A stretch of DNA of 61,496 nt, counting the filler, from Dugesia japonica (taxonomy: Eukaryota), in NCBI GenBank assembly GCA_001938525.1. It is 6 parts of 6 records of this genome, joined end to end, with 100 filler letters (N's around TTAATTAATTAA, not from the genome) between each part and the next. Parts side by side here need not be neighbours in the genome. Positions count along the whole stretch, not along the records: positions 42,531 to 52,684 come from MQRL01336511.1; positions 52,785 to 61,496 come from MQRL01195037.1; 4 more parts are not named here. One strand, given 5' to 3'. The position numbers and the translations under genes are program-made. The notes under the pieces were generated by a model that did not search any database, was not told the DNA's origin, and was given only the letters and a program-made list of their open reading frames with translations. This document shows positions 52,201 to 61,496 of the stretch, one piece after another (the first letter of the stretch is position 1; every line of letters begins with the position of its first letter).

Positions 52201-52652
52201 TTGATAGTTTTGATATTGAAATTAAATTGTCTTCGGACGATTTTACTATTATGTTGAAATATTTTATCGTTTATTGCTATCAATTTATGTATAAAATCAA
52301 TAATTCTCATGTAACGTTTTATTGTATGTAAATCATCAATTGGTAGAAATTAAATACCAACTTGCTAATACCAGTCAGCTATTTTGAAATAATGTTAACA
52401 AGTCAATTTTATTAACAATAGTACTTTTCCAGGTGAAACTGCTAAAGGTGATTATCCATTAGAGGCTGTACAAATAATGCACCATATTTGCCGCGAGGCT
52501 GAATCAGCTGTTTTTCAAGGAAAATTTTTTGAAGATCTCAAAGCGGAAATTGTTGGTTCAACCGATCAGACACACAGTACTGCCATTGCTGCAGTAGAAG
52601 CTGCTCAAAGATGTCGAGCTTCTGCTATTGTTGTTGTTACTACTACTGGAAG
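46220..52652 (+). CDS. PK: Pyruvate kinase, five internal exons: 46220-46406, 48402-48544, 48587-48714, 48761-49011, 52433-52652
   Basis: [87 protein letters not shown]; all junctions GT-AG and in frame; 5' and 3' exons not found on this scaffold. Confidence 0.97.
46475..46911 (+). mobile_element. hAT Charlie/Buster-type non-autonomous element in PK intron
   Basis: TIRs CAGTGATTCCCAAC / GTTGGGAAACACTG; ATTTAGAA on both flanks (right copy offset by 2 nt); HQAQGSH* transposase C-terminus. Confidence 0.8.
47490..48350 (-). mobile_element. Decayed mariner in PK intron
   Basis: Minus strand [33 protein letters not shown] (HDNARPHVA-like), [12 protein letters not shown]. Confidence 0.8.
49279..50350 (-). 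mobile_element. Decayed mariner in PK intron
   Basis: [66 protein letters not shown]; TIR-like ATTGAGTTGTGGAAAAAGTT at 49279. Confidence 0.9.
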
Positions 52653-52684
52653 GTAAATCTTTTATATATATATATATATATATA

Positions 52685-52784
52685 NNNNNNNNNNNNNNNN
52701 NNNNNNNNNNNNNNNNNNNNNNNNNNNNTTAATTAATTAANNNNNNNNNNNNNNNNNNNNNNNNNNNNNNNNNNNNNNNNNNNN
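52685..52784. other. Artificial scaffold-joining spacer 5
   Basis: 44 N + TTAATTAATTAA + 44 N. Confidence 0.95.
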
Positions 52785-53281
52785 AAATTAAACAATTCAA
52801 ATATCATTCTCACAACACGTTTAATAAAATCATAAATATCATTACTTATATAGGACAATCTTAAAAGAAAATCTTTAGCATATCGAAATTATTCAAAAAA
52901 TATTTATAAGGCAGTCAAAAGATTTGAACTAATAAAAATATTTATTCGACATATTCAAAAATTATAATAGTAATTATTTAATAAAATTTCACTTAAATTA
53001 AAAAATTCGAGTTACTGAAAAAATTTGAATTAGAGGTTGACTGTGTTTCATTATAAAATATAAAAGAAATTAATAATTGTAATACTTAATAATAAAATTA
53101 ATTCAATTATCAAAATATTACCATTGTTTACATTTCATTTCTTATAGTAGTTTGCCTTTCAAACTTTCAACAAAAACTAATGCATAAAATTTCAAACCAA
53201 TTAAATTTGAGATAGAGCTTTTTTTGAAATTTTAATTTCAAAAAAATAAAGAAAAACATTTTTTCCTAAATTGACATTGAA

Positions 53282-54244
53282 ATGTGTAAAACCATATTTC
53301 CAAAAGAAATCCAAACGGCTCTAAGTGTATTTTATAATGCAATAGCATCAGTTTCATTGATTTTTAATTTCACTTGTATTGTTGTAATTTTTGTAAAAAA
53401 GGTCCATTTTCATTCAATTATTTCCACGCATATTATTCGCAATCAGTTTATTTTCGATTTTTTCGTTGTTGTAAATTTATTGATTATTTTAAATGAAAAA
53501 TATGAAAACTTAAACATACCTTTATTGGATGAAATCACTTGTTATCTTTGGAACAGTCAATTTCCATATTGGGCAATGGTGTGTGTATCGATTAATAATC
53601 TTGTCGATAATTGTCTAGACAGATTGATTGCTGTTCGATGGGCTTCTTCGTATAGAGCAACGATGAAAACGAGATTGAAATTATACTACTGCTTTTTATT
53701 TACAATTCCATTATTTATCAGTTTTTCAGTAATAGTCGATACAAAATATGTTCGAGAAATCAATCAATGTATCGATCGAAATATTAATTCAACAGAAGCT
53801 TATTTAATTTTTCAACAATTTTATTCATCATTTTGGTTTTGTTTTACGTTTTTAATACCTTTTTGTATATCAACAATTAGTTTTATTTTGATTCATCATA
53901 GTATGGAGAAAACATCAAAATCCAATTTGGGATCATCTATGAGAAAATCGGAAATCCGTTATACTATTGTGACTTTTATTACTTTAATTATATTCATGTT
54001 GACATATGGAATGGAAAGTATTTTGTATTTTTTAAAGTCATTCGGAGTAGTTTGCTATGAGAAAAATGATTCATTACAACATTTGATAACAGTTCTTGGA
54101 TCGTTGTCCAGTATGGCAAATCCGGTAATTTTGAATTCTATGATAAAATGTTTAAGAAACCAATGGATAATGTTTTGGTGTAATCCGATTGGAAAACGAT
54201 ATTTCGCTAGTAAAATTGGACCGACAACGAGTACAACATTTTAA
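53282..54244 (+). CDS. Intronless rhodopsin-like (class A) orphan GPCR, paralogue 1 (320 aa)
   Basis: Seven hydrophobic segments; TM1 N, TM2 NQ..D, Cys at top of TM3, DRLIAV, ECL2 Cys, TM5 F.IP, TM7 NPVIL. Confidence 0.92.
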   Translation: MCKTIFPKEIQTALSVFYNAIASVSLIFNFTCIVVIFVKKVHFHSIISTHIIRNQFIFDFFVVVNLLIILNEKYENLNIPLLDEITCYLWNSQFPYWAMVCVSINNLVDNCLDRLIAVRWASSYRATMKTRLKLYYCFLFTIPLFISFSVIVDTKYVREINQCIDRNINSTEAYLIFQQFYSSFWFCFTFLIPFCISTISFILIHHSMEKTSKSNLGSSMRKSEIRYTIVTFITLIIFMLTYGMESILYFLKSFGVVCYEKNDSLQHLITVLGSLSSMANPVILNSMIKCLRNQWIMFWCNPIGKRYFASKIGPTTSTTF

Positions 54245-54931
54245 ACTAAACAATATATTTCTCAATGATTTTTTTTTAAAAAGCAGGTGTAATTTCCAAT
54301 TTAATTTTGAAATTTCAGTGATTTCATTTGATTTGAAAATAGTTGAAATTGAATTTGATAAATTGAATTATAATGCATATGGTTTGATATTACTTAGAAT
54401 TGAAAAAATAAAATTTTCATAATCAAAATGAATCTGTTAATTAATGTAATAATAAAATTATCTTTTTAAAACAATATTTTTAAATCTTAAAAATAACAGT
54501 TAGTTAACCTTCGCCTTACAGTGATAAAAAAAATTACTCGCGTTCCAATAAACGTTCCCGTTCACTGTGCAACATTCAGAAACAACCGATTTAAAATCGG
54601 TAAATAATATTTATAGACATTGCTTTAATTAGTTATAGCAAAAGCTAAAATGTGATAATTCTTTACAATAATCAAAAAATAATATTAATNNNNNNNNNNN
54701 NNNNNAAAGTTTAATTTAACTTTAAAATAATCAATATCGTTTTCATTATTTTGAAATGAATATCAATCAAGCTACGACTGAGTGAGATTGTTTGTATTCA
54801 GTCACACGCATCTAAGTACATACGTGTAAGAAGAGAGAGAATGAGAGAAGAGGACTAGTACGGGAATTACCCTGCACGTTTTATATACACTCCTCAAAAC
54901 GAATATGAGATGCATTGTGTGTGCGATAGTA

Positions 54932-55381
54932 CAGGGTGTTCCGTTGAAAACCGAACTTTATAAAAGTATTGTTTTACTAGATTAATTTAACGAATTTACT
55001 AATAATGAAATTTAAATTTTACATTTTAACTGAACTTTCATATTTNATAATATTTTTTGTTATATTTTTAAATTCATAACATATTTGTTCAACATGCCAC
55101 TAAATCTTAATCAGAATTTATCTAACAGAATGTTACTTCCCCGCTGGTCATTTAACAGAAGATAGAAGATAGTTATATTTATATGATGATTGTACACGTC
55201 AATTTTCGATACACTATCCAGAGTACGGCACACTTTCAAAATCAACCATCAATTTCTTAATCCGACGTTTCCGTGAAAATGGATCAGAAACGTCCAGTTT
55301 TTGTTAAACGTCTCAGGCCCGATGTTCTGGATGATATTTGTGACCGCGTAAAGCGTAGTCCAAGTAAATCTCTTAGGCGTC
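54932..55381 (+). mobile_element. Tc1/mariner-family left-end fragment
   Basis: TA followed by CAGGGTGT terminus; residual RRFRENGS and VKRSPSKSLRR helix-turn-helix words. Confidence 0.55.
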
Positions 55382-55608
55382 TATTTATATTATTAGGTTT
55401 CGACAGATTATTTGCAGATTATTATTTTCAGGTTTAATTTTCAATCCTTTTTTAAAATTTTTTATATTTTAAAATTCTGAATATGTAGTTAATTATGCAA
55501 TCTCTTGAATAAATTAAATTAATATGAAAAAATTCATAAAGACTAAGAAATACCTGTCTGAACATTATTTTTTGAATCAATCGATCTAATTATTAATGTC
55601 TCATACAC

Positions 55609-55610
<2 letters not shown>

Positions 55611-55644
<34 letters not shown>
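55611..55644. repeat. (CT)17 microsatellite
   Basis: Perfect CT run. Confidence 0.95.
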
Positions 55645-55647
<3 letters not shown>

Positions 55648-56572
55648 AAAAATTTTTAAAGTTTCAGCACAAAAATTATTTCATTTAATTTAATTCATTT
55701 TTCTGAATTAAAAAAAAATTTTAATTATCTCTTTTTATTATTATTTTATGTTTTTATAATTTTATTTTACGTGATTTGGTTTAATTCAATGTTATTAGAA
55801 CCTTTAACATTTACGCACTTAAACTTTTTATACTATTTCTTTTGATTTATAATTTTCTTTAGTACAGCTTGAGATTTTGAAATTTCTTAGCTGTGAAATA
55901 TTTTTTACAATAGTAATTTTTTAATTTTTAAAAAAATTCAAAAAATATATTATTTACAATTTTCCTGAAAGTCGTAAAAAATATAGTTTTGAATCAAATA
56001 ATAAAAATATTATGAAAGTATTAGAGTAAAAAGTTTTAATTAAACTACGCACACTTGAGGAAACTGCACCTTGAAAAAATTGTAAACCAACATCATTTTT
56101 AAGTAAAATAAACAGTATTTGTTAAAAAATATTACGTAACTCGTAGCTTAATTAGTAATTTTATTGAAAGTATATTGAATATCAAACTTTTTCAAGAAAT
56201 CTATCAAGAAACAATTTTAAATAATTACCGAACATTCACCAAAAAATGTTGTTATTAATACATTATTGAATTGAAAATAAAAATTTTTCAGACTTTTATA
56301 AAATTTTTACAAACCTAGATGAAGTTAAATGAAAAATCACAATTTAATTAAAATCAAAATTCAATTTTTGACCGATGATACCTAGTTTAAATAGAATTTT
56401 GACATACTCGGATAAATCATTTATGTTTCCAAACTCATCAAGCAATAATAATAAACGAAATTCTTCTAATGTTTCTTTGTTGAAATCTAATAACCAATTA
56501 AAATCAAGACTAGATTTTCAATAATTTCAAGTTCTGTTATTTATCAATAATTCGAATTTCATTTAAATCAAA

Positions 56573-57532
56573 ATGTGTCGAAGTAAAGTCATTTCAGAAA
56601 TCGTTGATGAATTAAATATATTTTATACAGTTTTCGCATCGATATTTCTCATTTACAATTTATCATGTATAATTGTAATATTTTCGAAAAAAGTTCGTCT
56701 TCATTCAAACATTGCTACTCATATGATTAGAAATCAGTTTATTTTTGATTTTTTCGTTGTTTTGAATCTGATTATAATTTTAAATGCAAATTTCGATAAG
56801 TTTTCTTATATTCCGATTTTAAGTGAAATTGTTTGTTATGTGTGGCAAAGTCAGTTTCCTTATTGGATGATGATTGTTGTATCGATCACTAATCTCATTA
56901 ATAGTTGTATCGATAGACTTTGTGCTGTTAAATGGGCGACTTCTTACAAATCATCAATGAAATTGAGATTCAAATTATATTATGCATTATTATTTACAGT
57001 TCCATTATTCGTTACATTTCCAATTATAATCGATACGAAATTTGTCAATAATGTCTGTATTGACCGGAATGCGAATGCAACAAAAATATTTTTAAATTTT
57101 CAAAGATTCTATTCAGTTTATTGGGTTTTTGCGACGTTTTTTATACCTTTAATTATTACTATTATCAATTTTGGTTTAATTTTACATGTGATGCATAAAG
57201 CAACAAAAAATGGCGGAGGAATAGCTATGAGAAAATCAGAAATTCGATACACAGTTGTTACATTTATAACGATAGTAATATTTATTTTTGCATTTGGCAT
57301 GGAAAGTATGTTATATTTGATGAAGTCTTACAATATTATTTGTTATGAAAAGAATGATCCATTACAACAAATCGTTGTGGTGTTAGCATCTGTGTCAAGT
57401 ATGATTAATCCGATTGTTTATAATTCAATGTTAAAATGTTTGCGAGCAAATTGGGTGATTTTCTGGTGTGTTTGTCTAAGTAAACGTTTATGTATTAATT
57501 CGGTAAATCCTCTAAGTAGTTCTACACCATAG
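56573..57532 (+). CDS. Intronless rhodopsin-like orphan GPCR, paralogue 2 (319 aa)
   Basis: Colinear with paralogue 1 (IRNQFIFDFFVV, SQFPYW, CIDRN, MRKSEIRYT, GMES, CYEKND); DRLCAV; NPIVY. Confidence 0.92.
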   Translation: MCRSKVISEIVDELNIFYTVFASIFLIYNLSCIIVIFSKKVRLHSNIATHMIRNQFIFDFFVVLNLIIILNANFDKFSYIPILSEIVCYVWQSQFPYWMMIVVSITNLINSCIDRLCAVKWATSYKSSMKLRFKLYYALLFTVPLFVTFPIIIDTKFVNNVCIDRNANATKIFLNFQRFYSVYWVFATFFIPLIITIINFGLILHVMHKATKNGGGIAMRKSEIRYTVVTFITIVIFIFAFGMESMLYLMKSYNIICYEKNDPLQQIVVVLASVSSMINPIVYNSMLKCLRANWVIFWCVCLSKRLCINSVNPLSSSTP

Positions 57533-57585
57533 ATTCACTTGTTTAATCATTATTATTATTATATGAAAAATCATACTCGGGTTTA

Positions 57586-60500
57586 TGTAACAATTAATAT
57601 TCAAATATATCACAGCTTTTCGTTTGATTTGTTTTCATGAACAACTATTTAAATCTCAGTGCTTTTTAAAGAAAAGCAATATGAAAATTAAAAACCTATT
57701 AATTCTAAAACTTAAATAAAATAATTTGAAACTCCAATTAAGAATTTTGAAACAGCAATTCTAACATGGCGACAACGTTATTGGCAAATTTCATAAAATC
57801 TACAGAATCGTATGAAATTGGAAACGACGTTAACCAGTTTATCAAGGATTTTGATAGATTTTTTGACCTCGCTATGATTGATGAAAATTATAAAGAAACC
57901 TTTATAAGAGATTTTCTGTCACCAGAAGCAACCAAAAATACGAAGAAGTGGAAAAAGTTAAAAATTTTAAAGAAAGATTATTAATAACGTTTCATAAACT
58001 ATCAACGCTTATTGATGATTATAAAGAAGTTCTGAGATATAACAAAGGAAGCAATTTGATAAATGATTCCTTTAAGAAACTATAGGAATTTGCAGGCAAT
58101 ATCCTAAACCATAAAATGGATAAAGAAACTTTACTAAAAGTCCTATTGTTCAATTCTCTCGATGACAAAGAAATGAAAATAGATATCAAGAAACAAGAAT
58201 TGCAGACGTCTGAAGAAATGAAAATGCATGGGAAAGTTATAGAGGAAATTAATGAAACCGATAAAAGTGTTGCAGCCACGACAAAAACGTATGCTTAGTT
58301 AGTAAAATCGCAGAATACTATAAATAGTAGAGCTAGATTCATNAGTGGAAAATATACACCCTTCAAACCAGAATATTGGAAGGATAATAGTGTCAAAACT
58401 CGTGAAAGTTCAAAAGGAAAAAGCTATATTCCAAGAAATGAATATATTAAGGGTAATAATTATAGTCAGCATAATGGAGAAATAAATTACATAAGTTTCA
58501 ATGAACTAAACCATAACCATGGATATTGAAATAGCAGATATGAATACAATAAAATAAACAGAAAGTTTTCAAATGTTGGGCTTATAGTGAAATAGGACAT
58601 CGCCGTCAAGACTGTCCAAATGTTAAGTGCTCATATTATAAAAAAAACAAGGACATTTTAAACATCAATGTGATGGATTAAAAGAAATATTTTCTAGATA
58701 AGTCGAAAGAATAAATGACGAATTTGTCGAAGATCAACAAACGGATGAATATGATGAGTACGAAGAGTCACACCCAAATGTCAAAGCTTTTGTACAAGAG
58801 GATGTAACAAAAGCACAATAAATTTAGGTCATCTTCCGAGTAAAATGTGTTTGAATGAGAATGAATGTGATTTTAGATTTGATATAAATTTATCTAAACA
58901 TGTAAAGGATATAAATAATGAATATTTTATTTTTGATAATTTTTTTAATATTAATAAAAATGATTTGAATAATCTCACAACCAATGAAAGTTTAAGTTTA
59001 ACAACAGCAATTAATAAGTATGAAAAAATTTGGACAATCATTACTAAGTTAGGCAATAGGTAGAAAACCGAGAGTTTACATGAATATAAACAATAGAAAT
59101 ATTAGATGCTTATTAGATAAGGGAGTTAAGATAAGTGTAACTGAACAAAGTGTCCTAAAAATGACAAATTAAGAATATTAAACAAAGCAAAATGAAAATA
59201 AATGTGCAAAAATAGAAGGTTTAGTAATGATAAACATAAAAATAGAAGAAATAAACGGAAAATAAAATATAGACTTTTATATTGTAAACGAAATATCACT
59301 CAAACTAATTGCTGGAATGAATTCTCTGGATGCGTTTGATATAGAGTTAAAGGCTAAAAATAAATTGGAAACTAAAAGTAACAATAGAAAGTAATTTTTA
59401 AATACTATTGATATTAAAGAAAACAAAACGAATTTGAAGATCCAACAATTGCGAAATTAGTGAATTCATAAAGTAAACATTTTGTGAAACCTAAATGGGA
59501 CGTTGGTAAAACTAATTTATTAAGACATGAAATCCATACTTTGGGCAAAACTATTTGCATTGAATTTTCAAGAAGACAAGCTACATATTTGATTGAAAAG
59601 ATTGATGAACAAATCAAAGAAATGGAATTATATAAAATTATTAAAGAATGTGGATCACCGTGGAATACATCATTGGCTTTTGTTAAGAAAAAGAATAAGA
59701 AAGACATACAAATATGTTTAGACTTTAGAACTCTTATTATTGGGGCAGAAAGACCAATATTTCTGGTATCTAACATGAATAAATTACTAAATTTACTAAA
59801 TGGCGCAAAATATTTCTCGATTATTGATCTTGGTAATGCGTATTATCAAATGAAGCTTGAAGATTATTCAAAATTGAAAACAGACTTCTCCACAAAAAAT
59901 AAACACTTTTGTTTTAACAGAATACCATTTGGTATTACAACAGCACCTGGAAAATTCCAAAAACTTATAAATAAAGTTCTTGGAGAATCGAATTGGATGA
60001 TGACATAATCATATTTTTGAAAACATTAGACAAACATTATCAGTCCATGGAAAAAGTATTCCAGAAGATAAAACAATCAAGTTTATAAATTAATCCATCA
60101 AAATGTCATTTTAAAAAAGATTGTGTCAAATGTTTTGGTTATATCATAAGTGAAAATGGGATAGAAAGTGATCCATAGAAAATAAAAACTATAAAAGAAT
60201 TTGAAAGACCTAATTGTTTAAAGAAATTACGTAGGTTTTTGGGTTTATCAAACCATTACAAAAATTTTATTCATGAATATACAAAATACGCAAAATCTTT
60301 GAAAAGTTTATCTGAAAGTAATCAAAAAATTTAATCCGGACTGAAGAATGCATTACAAGCTTTCAAAGTTTAAAAAGTAAATTAAGTTCAACTTCATTGC
60401 TGGTATATCCAGATTTTGAGAAAACTTTCATACTAGATACAGATTCTAGCTTTGAAAGAATTGGAGCTGTATTATCACACTAACAAGATGATGGTAAAGA

Positions 60501-61496
60501 AAGAGTTATCGCAAACGGATCAAGGGCAATGAGCAAGCATAAGTTGGTTTACTGCATAACTAGAAAGAAGTTATTAGTTATATGTTTCTTTACAAAAAAA
60601 TGCAAACATTACCTGTATGGAAAACGTTTTATTTTATGGATAGATCATAAAGCTATTACTTTTATGATTAAAACAAAAATCCACTTACACCTCAATTTCA
60701 AACGTAGATGAATTATTTAAGTAGCCTAGATAATGATATACAATACCGAAAAGAGAAAAACATAGAAATACTGATTCAATATCAAGAAGTGAATGTCCAT
60801 CATATGTGCAATGCCAAATGATTCATCCAGACCCAAAGTTTAGTAACTTAAAGACAAAAATGTTAGCTATGATGATTGATGAGAAAGAAAGCATTTGGCA
60901 AAATGATTGAATGGAAATTAAGGATATTATAAATGAAACAATCAAGACAATCGCTGAGACAAAATTTTAAATTGATGATGGTGTACAGACTAGTCTTGAT
61001 AAAATATGAATACTTGAGTGTAAGAGAAAAGAATTTGATTTAGACTATCACAAGAAATTATGATAAGAAATATTGCACAAAGTTGTGATAATTATCAGAA
61101 AAAGAAAGGTTTTTACAAGTAGAACTAAAGAAAATATAAAATCTCCAGATGAAACGCAGCCATTTGAATCAAATTTTATTGATTTGTTTGGACCACTCCA
61201 AAACAATATATAATAAAAAATATATACTTGGAAATAGAGTTAATCATAAAATCTATATTTAAAGCACAAAATGACGCTGTGACAAATATATATAGCATTT
61301 GAGGAATCGGTTATGTAATAATGTCTGACCACTAAATCCATACACACATTCAAACAGTCAATCACGCATTCACATATTATCACATACATTTGTCAATTTA
61401 CTTATATAAAAGTCAATATGAAAATATTATAATATTCTTAGTCATATCTCAAATTCCCCTCTTTTAAAGGGTTTTAATCATTCAATATTTTTTATT
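57586..61496 (+). mobile_element. Decayed Ty3/gypsy LTR retrotransposon (gag, protease, RT, RNase H, partial integrase)
   Basis: TGTAAC..CTAACA LTR-like segment 57586-57766 then PBS-like TGGCGACAACG; CLLDKG protease-like word; SPWNT, CLDFRTL, FSIIDLGNAYYQ, IPFGITTAPGKFQ, FILDTDSS, YLYGKRF..DHKA; possible 3' LTR from about 61314. Confidence 0.9.

Noticed and set aside
57608-57630. miR-2-like seed TATCACAGC
   Set aside because: Lies in an LTR-like segment and lacks a proper precursor hairpin

Overview
Very AT-rich eukaryotic (metazoan) draft DNA. Short 42-71 bp GT-AG introns, intronless orphan rhodopsin-like GPCRs and a Ulp1-bearing non-LTR relic suggest a flatworm such as a planarian; the organism call is inference only. 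The window is not one locus: five identical 100-bp spacers (44 N + TTAATTAATTAA + 44 N) join six separate scaffolds, so synteny across them is meaningless. Host genes: 5' exons of WDR35/IFT121 (-), a 4-exon PDZ-domain gene (+), the last exon of an ataxin-2-like PAM2 protein (+), an intronless 428-aa orphan ORF (+), a divergent intronless atlastin-like GTPase (+), 3' exons of an unknown low-complexity gene (-), five internal exons of pyruvate kinase (+), and two tandem intronless 7TM GPCR paralogues (+). The rest is mostly decayed transposons: two Ty3/gypsy, several hAT (one nested with a perfect 8-bp TSD), three mariners, Merlin, MITEs, a Ulp1+RT non-LTR element and a Penelope-like element. 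The most notable non-coding signals are three minimal hammerhead-ribozyme cores in a dispersed Penelope pseudo-LTR family, and, upstream of WDR35, a strictly phased 17 x 17-bp degenerate array next to a series of spaced hairpin repeats.
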